DNA of 32,000 bases from Kiritimatiella glycovorans (GCF_001017655.1 NZ_CP010904.1:2910001-2942000); one strand, 5' to 3'. Numbered from the stretch's first letter, positions 1 through 8,907 are shown. Numbers and translations: made by a program. The notes: a model not told the origin generated them from the letters alone.

Positions 1-484
1 TGGCTTCGATGAACGCTTCGAGTTGCGGACCGATATACCGGGCGAGGACCACGAAGTCATCGGCGTACCTCACCAGTTTGGCCTTCGCCCACCGTGCCGG
101 TCCGTCTTTGCGGTAAAACACCGCATCGAACCAGTGCAGATAGATGTTGGCCAGAAGCGGCGAAATGACCCCGCCTTGCGGCGTGCCCTTGTCGTTGCGC
201 TTCACGGTCGGCGGTTTGCCTTTCTCCGTTTCCTCTACCGGCGCTTTCAGCCACATTCGGATCAGCTTCAGCACGGACCGGTCGGTGACACGCATCTGCA
301 CACAAGCGATGAGCTTGTCGTGTGGAATACTGTCGAAATAGCCGGCCAGATCCGCATCATAAACCGCACACCGCCCTTGCCGGAGCTCCTGTCCAATCGC
401 CTTCAACGCATCATGCGCCGAGCGCTCAGGCCGGAACCCATGGGAGCAATCCTTGAAGTCAGCTTCAAAGATCGGTTCCAATAT
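1..484 (-). pseudogene. Group II intron reverse transcriptase/maturase, continuation fragment (RT3-RT5/6), partial at the window edge
   Basis: My reverse-strand translation reads [32 protein letters not shown]...[17 protein letters not shown]...[21 protein letters not shown]...[14 protein letters not shown]. This frame is not in the ORF track because it has no Met. Confidence 0.85.
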
Positions 485-524
485 CGCTACGTGTCAACGC
501 GAATGAGACACTTTTCTTGGCCGG

Positions 525-1526
525 TCACCCGGCCACTTCGAGTTCCTTCGGCTTGTTGATCCACACCTCCTCGGGCACGTGCCGTGGCGACGGCTCGCCC
601 CGAACGAACCGCTCCGGATGCCGCTCGTAGGCGGCCAGGAGGGTCTGCTTCCGCTCCAACCAGCGCTCGTCGGCTCGGCCGGCATGTACGTCGGCCGGCG
701 TCATCATGGCCAGGCCGGAGTGCCGGTGCTCGTCGTTGTACCAGCGGAAGAACTCCCGCAGGTACTGACGCGCATCCTCCAGCGACCCGAACCGCTCCGG
801 GAACGTCCAGTGGTACTTCAGCGTCTTGAACTGGGCCTCGGAGTACGGGTTGTCGTTCGACACATGCGGCCGGGAGTAGCTGCGCGCCACGCCCAGCTCG
901 ATGAGCAGGTCGATGAACCGGTTTGAACGCATCGCCTTGCCCCGGTCCGAGTGCAACGTCACCTCGTCGCGCCCGATCGCCTGCTGCTCGCAACAGTGGG
1001 TCACCAGCGCCTCGGCCTCCTCGCCGGATTCGGTCTCGCTGATCATCCAGCCGACCACGTAGCGGCTGAACACGTCCAGCACGACGTAGAGGTGGTAGAA
1101 GATCCACGACTTCGGTCCCTTGATCCGGGTGATATCCCACGACCATAGCTCGTTCGGGCGTGTCGCGAGCAGCTCCGGCTTCGTATAGGGCGGGTGGACG
1201 CGCTGGTCTCGGCGTTCGCGGACCTCCTCACGGCGCTTCAGCACACGGTACATCGTGCGCACGCTGCACACGTACTTGCCCTCGTCCAGGAGCGTGGCAT
1301 GCACTTCCGGGACGGCGTAGTCGCAGAACCGCTCGCTGTTCAGTTCGTCGATCACGTCCTGTTCCTCGTCCTCGCTGAGCCGACGATGCGAGATGCGCGG
1401 CGCGGGTGGCGGGGGCGGATCTTCCTTGCGCTTCCGCCACCGGTAGTACGTCGCGCGACTCACGCCCAGGGCTTCACAGGCCGCCTTCACGGAGAGCTTC
1501 TTGCCGTTGTCATCTACGGTCTGCAT
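525..1526 (-). CDS. IS3-family transposase OrfB (DDE/rve integrase core)
   Basis: 333 aa. The blocks WSWDITRI..., HSDRGKAM and NDNPYSEAQFKTLKY...WYNDEHRHSGL are typical of the IS3 rve catalytic domain. Confidence 0.85.
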   Translation of the reverse strand: MQTVDDNGKKLSVKAACEALGVSRATYYRWRKRKEDPPPPPAPRISHRRLSEDEEQDVIDELNSERFCDYAVPEVHATLLDEGKYVCSVRTMYRVLKRREEVRERRDQRVHPPYTKPELLATRPNELWSWDITRIKGPKSWIFYHLYVVLDVFSRYVVGWMISETESGEEAEALVTHCCEQQAIGRDEVTLHSDRGKAMRSNRFIDLLIELGVARSYSRPHVSNDNPYSEAQFKTLKYHWTFPERFGSLEDARQYLREFFRWYNDEHRHSGLAMMTPADVHAGRADERWLERKQTLLAAYERHPERFVRGEPSPRHVPEEVWINKPKELEVAG

Positions 1527-1528
1527 GC

Positions 1529-1996
1529 TCAGCTCTCGCTCTGCCCGGCGTCGCTGAGATCCTCCAGCAGTCGGGAGACTTTTTTTTGAAGCTCGATGAG
1601 CCCTTCGGCGCGGCGCAGCTTGGTCTTCAGCCGCTCGTTCTCGCGTTCAAGGCGCTTCATCTCGTTGCGCATCGAGCGCTTGCTCTTGCCGTCCGGGGTG
1701 ACATCGAAGCCCTTCTCGTCCATCGTGCGCCTCCATTGCATCCACTTCGTGAGTGTGCAGGAGTATAGCCCTTCCCGACGAGCCAGGGCAGCCAGTTCCC
1801 CCTTCCGGTGCTTACACTTCTCGGCCTCCTCCGCGATCCGCAGCTTGTACGCCACGTCCCATCGTTTTCGTTTCGCGACTCTCGGTGTCGCGGCTTCAGG
1901 ATCGGCGAGCTGTCCTGCCCGCGATCGGCGCGAGCCCCCCATGGGGGGCTCCTGTCCCTGGGACTGCTCCTCTACAACCAACGCCTCTGCCTTCAT
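1529..1996 (-). CDS. IS3-family transposase OrfA (DNA-binding/coiled-coil part)
   Basis: 155 aa with a heptad-like C-terminal region (MKRLERENERLKTKLRRAEGLIELQKK). It lies directly upstream of the DDE orfB, which is in the -1 frame. Confidence 0.8.
   Translation of the reverse strand: MKAEALVVEEQSQGQEPPMGGSRRSRAGQLADPEAATPRVAKRKRWDVAYKLRIAEEAEKCKHRKGELAALARREGLYSCTLTKWMQWRRTMDEKGFDVTPDGKSKRSMRNEMKRLERENERLKTKLRRAEGLIELQKKVSRLLEDLSDAGQSES
1580..1587 (-). promoter_or_regulatory. Probable programmed -1 ribosomal frameshift site (A8 run) giving an OrfAB fusion
   Basis: The minus strand reads CAA AAA AAA G in the orfA frame. I translated the -1 frame from the slip site and it stays open (SLPTAGGSQRRRAERELS) into the orfB ATG at 1526. 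Confidence 0.6.
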
Positions 1997-2063
1997 CCAA
2001 CCGGCTCCTCTGCGCCCTCCATCCTGGTTCAGGTTCGTGTCTCATTCTTATTGGCACAGAGGG

Positions 2064-2483
2064 TATCAGAACCGTAGCGGTCTGCACGACCCGATCCCGC
2101 ACCGAGGGTATTCCCAAGGGACGGAGTTTCCCGTTCACCTTCTGGATGTAGACCCGCCGCACTTTTCCAGCACGGTAGGTTCGATCCTTCAGGCTGCGTT
2201 CAATATCCGCCAAGAAGGCTTCGACTCCTCCTTGACTCTGTTCGATGTCCTCGATGGTCACACCATCGGGGCCTTCTTTTCCGCCGTTGGCGCGTACATG
2301 TTTCCATGCCGCCAGCAGAGTGTCGGCCCGGCCAATGTGGCCATAGAGACTGTAGAAGCGAAACCGCTTCTCCTGTTTGGCCTTCTGACTCAGCTTCTGT
2401 CTCAGCGCGGCGAGTTTCGGCGGCAAGAGTCTGTCGTCAATGCGATAGTACTCCGTCGCTTCTTCTGTCATAGGTTTCACCAA
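2064..2483 (-). pseudogene. Group II intron reverse transcriptase/maturase, N-terminal fragment (RT0-RT2)
   Basis: The translation ...RFRFYSLYGHIGRADTLLAAWKHVRANGGKEGPDGVTIEDIE...KLRPLGIPSVRDRVVQTATVLI is typical of a group II IEP N-terminus. Homology stops exactly at the IS junction (2063/2064). Confidence 0.85.
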
Positions 2484-2961
2484 TCAGTCCCCCGCGCTTC
2501 TTACTCAGCTCGTCTTCCGCCGAGACCCCTTCGCTCCACGGGCATTACCCCGCTTCATCACTACTACGAGCCTCTCCGACTCCCGCACGCGATCACCCCC
2601 GAGGTTATTGATTCCCCCACGGGCTTGTCGGCTTACCCGACATCACGGCGGGCCTCCCAAGTTCCTGGCTGTTCTTTCTGCGCGCGCCGTCTCTTGTTAC
2701 CCCGGAGGGCCTTGCCGGTGCATATGACCGTTCCTTCCCGACAAGTGCTGGCTTCATCATATCCGATAGGCTGGCCGCCCTCGACTTGTGTAACGAGGCT
2801 GAATCAAGTTCGCTTTCGCTACGGCTCGCGCGTTCGCCTTCCCAGGCTTCGACGCCGGGGTTACCCCCGATCACCGCTGGGTCGGCTACATGTGCAACGA
2901 TCAATTCACACGACTGACTCCTTTCATTCAGTTAGAAACAGCCAAGCTTTGCTTGGCGCAC

Positions 2962-3136
2962 CCGATGACACGGATGGGATCTCGAAATCCGAATCGAAGT
3001 CGAAATCGGGATTCATAGAGATCATAATTCGTACGCGTACTCGGAGCGCCGAAGGCGCGATCCCACTTCCCCGATTCAAGTAATTCGAGTACGAGTACCG
3101 CTTCGCTGAGTACGAGTACGAGTACGATATTCCCCC
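2962..3136. repeat. Mosaic intergenic repeat, copy a (modules X - hexamer arm - core - hexamer arm - partial Y)
   Basis: It shares long identical blocks with the loci at 7566, 12755, 16792, 22829, 23372 and 24886. The core GGAGCGCCGAAGGCGCGATCCCACTTCCCC lies at 3043-3072. Confidence 0.8.
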
Positions 3137-3151
3137 GGGTGTCCCCATGTT

Positions 3152-3991
3152 GAACTCAGGCGCGCGGATGCGGGGATCGGACTGCTAATCGAAAGGCTCG
3201 AAACACGCGGCGTACTCGACGATACGATGATCATCGTCACCGGCGATCAGGGTCCCGGATTTATCCGCAGCAAACCGTATCTCTACGACGCCGGCATTCG
3301 CGTGCCGCTGGTCATCCGCTGGCCGAAAGGGGTGAAGGCCGGACAGCGCCGCGCGGAACCGGTCTCGGCGGTCGATATCGCGCCGACCATTCTCGACGCC
3401 GCCGGGCTGGATATTCCGGAGACCCTGCACGGCCGCTCGTTGCTTCCGCTCTGTGCCGGGGACGAGGTTCCGTGGCGCACGGGCGTCTGCGCCGAGTTCA
3501 CCGCGCACGGATCCGGTCACTATTTCCCCGGACGCACGATCTCCGACGGGCGCTACCACCTGATCCACAACCTCCTCGGCCCCGATACACCGAATCCCTA
3601 CTGGGCCGCCTACGAGCGCGTGCCGCAGAAACACCCCGAGGCGGGCCCGGTCATTGCCGGCGGCGACGAAAAAATGAAACGGGCGCTCGACCGCCTGCGC
3701 CGTCCGCCGGAGTTTGAACTGTACGACCTGGAGGAAGACCCCGGCGAATTCGTCAACCTCGCCGACGATCCGAAATACGCAGGGCTGCTGGAGCGCATGA
3801 AGCATGAACTTCGGGCATGGCAGGAAGAGACCGACGATCCCCTGCGCAAGCCGGAGAATCTCGCCCTCATGACCGAATGGCACCGGGAACTCCTCGCCGA
3901 TAAAACCCCGGTGCGCGGCCACAAACCGAAGTACGCCGTCGCCGAACTCGTCATGCCCGAGTACCGGGCGATGGTGAAACGGCTCAGGTAG
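3152..3991 (+). pseudogene. Sulfatase (arylsulfatase / sulfamidase-like), C-terminal ~55% only; 5'-truncated
   Basis: The in-frame translation from ~3152 reads ...RADAGIGLLIERLETRGVLDDTMIIVTGDQGP...DAGIRVPLVIRWPKG...VDIAPTILDAAGL, matching C-terminal sulfatase blocks. The N-terminal catalytic C/S-x-P-x-R region is absent, and homology ends at the repeat boundary. Confidence 0.75.
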
Positions 3992-4082
3992 CCATATCCG
4001 CAGTCAATGACGGGAAAGCAGGGATGAGAGCGGGGCGTTTCAAGCGCAAAACCGGAGCCGTGTAGTCCGTGTCGCCGGGATT

Positions 4083-4832
4083 CTATTTCGCGGTTTCCCG
4101 GTCGACCCGGAAGGTGTTTCTCTCGGCGATCGCGGACGGATTGCAGACCTCCCGGAAAATCTCATCGCCGTCCGCGCTCTTCCTGTACACGCGCACCCAG
4201 TAGCCCTTGAGCTTGCCGGTGCTTGAGGCGGGCGCGTTGTTCTCCCATACGTAGCCGGGCATCAGCTCCAGGCTCTTCAGCACGACGGGACCGGTGGTAA
4301 CGGTCTTTTCGCCGCCGGCTTCGAGCACCGGCACTTCGATACTGCCGCTCACGTCGAGCATCTTGGCGTCGGCATGCGAGGCGGCTTCCTCCTGCTTATA
4401 GAAGAGCATGTAATCCACACGCAGGTTTCTGAAGTCGTGACCGGACCTGTTTTCGAGGAGCACTTCGTAGCGGTATTCCTCCGCCTCAATAATCAGGCCC
4501 TCCTCTTTCCCCGTCTGCTTACCCGTCTCCTTCTTTTCCACTTCGATCCGGAAATCCATTTGCGACCGGAAGCTCTCATCCCGGGCCCATGTGCGTATAT
4601 ATTCACGGTCTTTTTCGCAAAACGCGCTCAGAGGCGCGGAGAGTCGGCGCCCGTCGGATCGTCTCACATTCACCATGTCCCGCCGCTCATTAAACGAAAG
4701 AATCTCGGCTTCGACAGTGCGACCCTGTGTGTCGCGGAACGTGTGCATTTCCGCGTCTGCGGCAATACAAGGCTGGAAGGCCGTAATCACAGCCAGCGAA
4801 AGCAGGCGAAGTATATGAGTATGAGCGCGCAT
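4083..4832 (-). CDS. Secreted hypothetical protein with an N-terminal SHD1-like (SLA1 homology) domain
   Basis: The ATG at 4832 has a GGAGGG RBS 8 nt upstream. It has a signal peptide (MRAHTHILRLLSLAVITAFQPCIAADA). The segment FRDTQGRTVEAEILSFNERRDMVNVRRSDGRRLSAPLSAFCEKDREYI resembles the SHD1 domains common in PVC bacteria (recognised from memory). Confidence 0.6.
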   Translation of the reverse strand: MRAHTHILRLLSLAVITAFQPCIAADAEMHTFRDTQGRTVEAEILSFNERRDMVNVRRSDGRRLSAPLSAFCEKDREYIRTWARDESFRSQMDFRIEVEKKETGKQTGKEEGLIIEAEEYRYEVLLENRSGHDFRNLRVDYMLFYKQEEAASHADAKMLDVSGSIEVPVLEAGGEKTVTTGPVVLKSLELMPGYVWENNAPASSTGKLKGYWVRVYRKSADGDEIFREVCNPSAIAERNTFRVDRETAK

Positions 4833-4891
4833 CCGGTTACCCTCCACAGTTCACCCGTTCAATATCCGCTTTCGGGAGGGAATGCAAGCCG

Positions 4892-6384
4892 GGAAGTGTC
4901 CCGTTGACTGTTGAAACTTGAAGGCGGTCTCCTGAGCGTCCATGTTGGACGCTCGGGGCAAACCAACCCGAAAGGAGACCGCCATGAGTGACAATAGCGT
5001 CCTTGAAGCCCTTGGACAAGTTGAACCGTCTGCAGCAGGAGATGTTTTCCGTGACTGGCTGCGTGGTGAAATGCGAACCCTGATCGCCGATATTCTGGCT
5101 GAAGAGGTCACAGAACTGTGTGGTCCGGCCTACAAGCCGGCAGGGGACAGAGGCTGCCGACGTGCCGGCGGAACCCGCGTAGGACTTCGAATTGACGGTA
5201 TTGATGAGGAGATCCGCAAGCCGCGTGTACGTCGCCATGAGGCAGACACATCGAAGGAGGTCAGGCTTAAAAGTTACGACGCGGTCAACAGGGCCGACGA
5301 CCTTCGTGACCGTATCTTGCGTGCCACAGCTGCCGGAGTCAGTTCACGTGATCAGAAAACCTTGTATCCCGATTCAGCGCCCGGACGCAGCAGGGTTTCC
5401 CGCGCCTGGATTGTCGAGGGCCGACAGCGCATACAGAAGCTCCGTGACCGCGACCTGAAGTCCGAGAGGTTCTTCTGCATGCTGCTGGACGGCATTGTAC
5501 TGTCCGAGGATCTCAGCGCCATTGTGGGGCTGGGCATTACGCTGGACGGCCGCAAAGTTATGCTGGATTTTGAAATAGGCGCACAGGAATCGACAGAAGT
5601 GTGTGACGCATTGCTCGACCGGCTTGTCCACCGCGGTCTTGAGTTCGAGGGCGATCCGTTGGCGGTTCTCGACGGTTCTCGGGCACTTCATAACAGCGTC
5701 TTGAAGCATTTTCCGCGAGCGCGCATTCAACGATGCCTGGTGCATAAGGAACGAAATATTAAGCGTTGTCTCTCCAGGCGTCATCACGGCAGCGTGAGCG
5801 ACCTTTTCAAGCGTCTCCGCTCCGTGGAAGGCGAAGAAGCCGGACGTGAAGCACTCGCCGATCTGGAACGCTTTCTGAGCCGGCACAGCCACAAGGCCCT
5901 GGAATCCCTGCACGAGGCCGGTGAGGAGCTCATTACGGTTCACAAGCTGAATGCGCCGTCCACTCTACACACCACGTTGACGAACACAAACTGCATCGAG
6001 AACCCGTTCCGAAACACACGCGCAAAAATCGGGCGGGTGAAGCGTTGGCGCGCAGAGACGGATCAGGCGGAACGCTGGCTGGCCTATTCGCTTCTGAGGG
6101 CCGAGAAAGGGTTCCGTCGAATCAAAGGCTATCGTCAGATCCCGGTGCTTTTGAAATCCCTGGGCTGGCCATCGGAAGCTGTTGAGGCGTCGCTCCGCTC
6201 CGCCCTTGGCCCTCCGGGCCATCCCGCCTCCGGCGGGAACGGGCTCCACTCCACGACGCCTCACCCCCAGGCAGAGAGCGAAGCGAACTGCCGAACAGGG
6301 ACTGGACAAGTGAATGACAAGGAACTACATCGAAATGAAGACCGAGACCGCCAACGAGTTTCAACAGGATTCGGGACATCCCCG
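4892..6384 (+). mobile_element. IS256-family (Mutator-type) insertion sequence, 1493 bp, apparently intact
   Basis: 40-bp imperfect terminal inverted repeats (30/40 identical, no indel) starting at 4892 and ending at 6384. An 8-bp direct repeat GCAAGCCG flanks it at 4884-4891 and 6385-6392. Confidence 0.85.
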
Positions 6385-6459
6385 CAAGCCGGACCCCCTC
6401 ACGGGTCTCAGCAACAGGAGGCGCAGCTGTGGTACCGGGCCATGGGAATCCGGACCTGA
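4984..6459 (+). CDS. IS256-family transposase (Mutator family, DDE)
   Basis: The ATG at 4984 has an AAGGAG RBS. The family signature is present (RIQRCLVHKERNI, LLDGIVL, VLDGSRAL, NCIENPFRN). Conserved sequence ends near ...GYRQIPVLLKSL (~6165). The ORF then continues ~98 low-complexity codons through the right IR into flanking DNA. Confidence 0.8.
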   Translation: MSDNSVLEALGQVEPSAAGDVFRDWLRGEMRTLIADILAEEVTELCGPAYKPAGDRGCRRAGGTRVGLRIDGIDEEIRKPRVRRHEADTSKEVRLKSYDAVNRADDLRDRILRATAAGVSSRDQKTLYPDSAPGRSRVSRAWIVEGRQRIQKLRDRDLKSERFFCMLLDGIVLSEDLSAIVGLGITLDGRKVMLDFEIGAQESTEVCDALLDRLVHRGLEFEGDPLAVLDGSRALHNSVLKHFPRARIQRCLVHKERNIKRCLSRRHHGSVSDLFKRLRSVEGEEAGREALADLERFLSRHSHKALESLHEAGEELITVHKLNAPSTLHTTLTNTNCIENPFRNTRAKIGRVKRWRAETDQAERWLAYSLLRAEKGFRRIKGYRQIPVLLKSLGWPSEAVEASLRSALGPPGHPASGGNGLHSTTPHPQAESEANCRTGTGQVNDKELHRNEDRDRQRVSTGFGTSPQAGPPHGSQQQEAQLWYRAMGIRT

Positions 6460-7370
6460 TGGGAACCGCCGTTTTTCTGCCCGCCGATCATATTGAAGAG
6501 TTCATCCACCGCCGTATCGGCGATGGTCCGGTAGTCCTGTTCCGCCACAATAACCCGGCGCGCCGGATAAGGCTCCCCCTGCCACTCGTCGAAGCAGCCG
6601 ACCAGGGTCTCGCTTTCGCGGAGCACCGGGGCGCGCGGACGGGTGTACTCGCGGACGTCGTACTGGGAGGAGCCCAGTATCGCCAGGGGTTCCCCCCTGA
6701 GATCGACGTTCTCCTCCCCGCCGCTCCCGCCGATCCATCCCAGCCCGCGCGCGGAGAGTTCCTCTGACGCGCCTTTCAGTCGCATCTTCTCCACCGGGTT
6801 GTCTTCGGTACGGAAGAGCAGCACGAACCGCGACGCGCCCGCCTCCACGCAATGGCGGACCAGCTCACGGGCGGCCTCCTCGTTCGCGCTCGTCACGGTC
6901 ACGCCCTGAACGTCCTCCGGCGGCACATCGAGAAAGATCAGAGGAAATTCGCGCTTTTTCAGCGGCGCGAGCGCAGAGAGGTCATGGATATGGCGCGGAT
7001 TCACGATGGCGCCGGCCGAGAGACCCTGACTCATACGCGCCGCCGTGCGGTCGAACGTCTCCTGATCCTTGTGATGAACGGCGATCGACAGATCGTACCC
7101 GTGCATCGCCGCCCGGCGGGAGGCGAACTCGGCGGCCTTCCAGTCCACCATCACCCCGAGCGAAGGGACAATGAACCAGAGAATTTCGGCCCGGCCCTGC
7201 ACGAGAAATCGCGCGGCCAGGTTCGGCTGATACTGCATGCGTGCGGCGACCTCCTGGATGCGGCGGCAGGTATCGGGCCTCAGTCGCGGATCGTTGCGCA
7301 GGGCCCGGGAGACCGTCGAAGCGTTTACGTCGCACTCCAGCGCCACGTCGTAGAGCGTGATCTTTGCCAT
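6408..7370 (-). CDS. LacI/GalR-family transcriptional regulator
   Basis: N-terminal HTH (ITLYDVALECDVNASTVSRALRN) plus a periplasmic-binding-fold sugar-sensor body. A GAGGAGG RBS precedes the ATG at 7370. Confidence 0.85.
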   Translation of the reverse strand: MAKITLYDVALECDVNASTVSRALRNDPRLRPDTCRRIQEVAARMQYQPNLAARFLVQGRAEILWFIVPSLGVMVDWKAAEFASRRAAMHGYDLSIAVHHKDQETFDRTAARMSQGLSAGAIVNPRHIHDLSALAPLKKREFPLIFLDVPPEDVQGVTVTSANEEAARELVRHCVEAGASRFVLLFRTEDNPVEKMRLKGASEELSARGLGWIGGSGGEENVDLRGEPLAILGSSQYDVREYTRPRAPVLRESETLVGCFDEWQGEPYPARRVIVAEQDYRTIADTAVDELFNMIGGQKNGGSHQVRIPMARYHSCASCC

Positions 7371-7565
7371 TCTTTCCTCCTCGCAGTGGTTGTGGATGCG
7401 TCCCGGGTGCCGGCCCCCTGGCGGGCCGGACCGAACCCCCGGAACAGGATTACCATCCTAAGAATATATAAAACCGATACAACCTTTTTTTGTGCTCTGT
7501 ATGCACATTATTAATGACGTTTATAAATAGTATAGGTTGCAAGCGTAAGCGCAGATAGTATTTTT

Positions 7566-7668
7566 CAGGAATTCGAGTACGAGTACCGCTTCGCTGAGTA
7601 CGAGTAGGCGTACTTTGTGACGCGAGCAAATTTTAGTTCCAGCCACTAAGACGCCTGTACTTCCCCCG
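7566..7668. repeat. Mosaic intergenic repeat, copy b (core tail - hexamer arm - full Y module)
   Basis: GGAATTCGAGTACGAGTACCGCTTCGCTGAGTACGAGTA...GTGACGCGAGC...CCAGCC is nearly identical to the reverse complement of 12755-12840 and to 3078-3125. Confidence 0.8.
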
Positions 7669-7879
7669 ATACTACAGCAGCTTCAGAGCCGTAGAGAACC
7701 AATTATATAATGTTACTTATCTGATCGTGATTTCTGTATTATGCGGGCCTTATACCCCGGCCGCGCCCTTTCCGCGCGGATTCAAACGGGGCGAGGCAGC
7801 GATAAACGCTCAGCTTATGCTTTCATGGGCCGCACGGATGCTTTATGAAGGTTTTTTTCGGCAGAAGAGGAGAGAATCG

Positions 7880-8866
7880 ATGAGTGAAGCATTTCCGGGA
7901 CTGGGAGAGAGCGCCGCGGCCCTGGGGCTGACGGCGCTGGAGGTCACGTCCGACGGCCGGTTCGCGGCGGGACGCGACGGGGTGTGCGCGGTGGCGCGGA
8001 CCGGCGACGGGAAGGTCGAGTTTATCGGCTTCGACTCCCATACGCTGGCCACGGTCAATTCGGCCATGGGATACCCCGCCTGCTATCCCGTGCACCCGGT
8101 CCGGCTCGATAAGCCGGTCGAGGCCGTGCTGATGGACCTCGACGGGACCACGGTGCACAGCGAGACGTTCTGGATATGGATCATTCAGCTGTCGACGGCC
8201 AGTCTGCTCGGCGACGACTCCTTCGAGCTCGAGGACGAGGATATTCCGTATGTCTCGGGGCACAGCGTGTCGGAACACCTGCAGTATTGCGTAACCAAGT
8301 ACTGCCCGGACCGCAGCGTCGAAGAGGCGCGCGACTATTACTTCGAGCATACCCGCCGCGAGATGCAGGCCGTGCTCGACGGGACGGGGCGGACGGAGGC
8401 CTTCGTCCCGAGCCCCGGGATCAGGGAGTTTCTTCTCGAATTGAAATCGCGCGGCGTCGCCCTGGGGCTCGTGACGTCGGGGCTCTACGAAAAGGCCTGG
8501 CCCGAAATCGTGTCCGCCTTCCGCAAACTGGAACTGGGCGACCCGCTCGAATTCTACGATGCGATCATCACCGCCGGATTTCCGATGCAGCAGGGACGTT
8601 CGACGGGAACCCTGGGCGAACTCTCTCCCAAGCCGCACCCGTGGCTGTACGCCGAGGTCGCGCGCGTGGGGCTCGGGATTCCCTTCGACCGGCGCGCGCA
8701 TGTGATCGGGATCGAAGACAGCGGGGCCGGGGTATGCTCGATCCGCCTCGCCGGCTTCGAGCCGTTCGGCATCGCGGGCGGAAACATCGAGGGAAGCGGC
8801 ACCCGGGGGCTGTGCAGAGAATTCTGTGCGGACTTTGAAGGTATTCTGGCCGCGATCGATTCGTGA
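7880..8866 (+). CDS. HAD-superfamily hydrolase (subfamily IA-like) with a ~90-aa N-terminal extension of unknown function
   Basis: The ATG at 7880 has a GGAGAG RBS. HAD motifs are present: DLDGTTV (motif I), LVTSG (II), K...PHP (III) and IEDSGAG (IV). Confidence 0.8.
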   Translation: MSEAFPGLGESAAALGLTALEVTSDGRFAAGRDGVCAVARTGDGKVEFIGFDSHTLATVNSAMGYPACYPVHPVRLDKPVEAVLMDLDGTTVHSETFWIWIIQLSTASLLGDDSFELEDEDIPYVSGHSVSEHLQYCVTKYCPDRSVEEARDYYFEHTRREMQAVLDGTGRTEAFVPSPGIREFLLELKSRGVALGLVTSGLYEKAWPEIVSAFRKLELGDPLEFYDAIITAGFPMQQGRSTGTLGELSPKPHPWLYAEVARVGLGIPFDRRAHVIGIEDSGAGVCSIRLAGFEPFGIAGGNIEGSGTRGLCREFCADFEGILAAIDS

Positions 8867-8878
8867 TCGCGCGGCCTG

Positions 8879-8907
8879 TTGACTCCGCGGGGCGGACGCG
8901 GTAATAT
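8879..8907 (+). promoter_or_regulatory. Near-consensus sigma70-type promoter (TTGACT - 17 nt - TAATAT)
   Basis: -35 TTGACT at 8879-8884, an exact 17-nt spacer, and -10 TAATAT at 8902-8907. It sits in an otherwise GC-rich intergenic region and faces rarA. Confidence 0.55.

Larger units (their letters stand above)
485..2063 (-). mobile_element. IS3-family insertion sequence (1579 bp) inserted in the intron RT gene
   Basis: 27-bp imperfect terminal inverted repeats (485-511 vs the reverse complement of 2037-2063, 20/27 identical, shared GAATGAGACAC). A 3-bp direct repeat TAT lies at 482-484 and 2064-2066. The element has an orfA/orfB organisation. Confidence 0.85.
1..2961 (-). mobile_element. 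Group II intron, 5' portion (ribozyme domains plus intron-encoded RT ORF). The 3' end lies beyond the window start, and the ORF is disrupted by an IS3-family insertion.
   Basis: The minus-strand RNA begins GUGCGCC at 2961, the canonical group II GUGYG 5' end. About 480 nt of structured GC-rich non-coding sequence (2484-2961) follows, then an RT ORF with a YADD motif. Confidence 0.85.

Noticed and set aside
1596-3083. A 495-aa plus-strand ORF spanning the IS3 orfA region, the intron RT N-terminus, the intron ribozyme region and part of repeat a.
   Set aside because: It crosses three unrelated elements on the antisense strand, including non-coding ribozyme sequence, and its Ser/Arg/Pro-rich translation has no homology features.
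4942-4983. The upstream ATG at 4942 as the start of the IS256 transposase, and similarly the upstream starts given in the ORF track at 4847, 7727, 17878, 19148, 25643, 30479 and 14266.
   Set aside because: In most of these cases the downstream start has a clear Shine-Dalgarno sequence, a signal peptide beginning at the right distance, or an ATGA stop/start overlap. The upstream extensions overlap neighbouring genes or RBS sequences, or add non-homologous residues.
7440-7730. An AT-rich stretch between lacI and the HAD gene, scanned for LacI-type operator palindromes and sigma70 promoters (e.g. TATAAT at ~7706, TGCAAGCGTAAGCGCA at ~7536).
   Set aside because: No convincing dyad symmetry or well-spaced -35/-10 pair could be established by eye, so nothing is reported as a feature.
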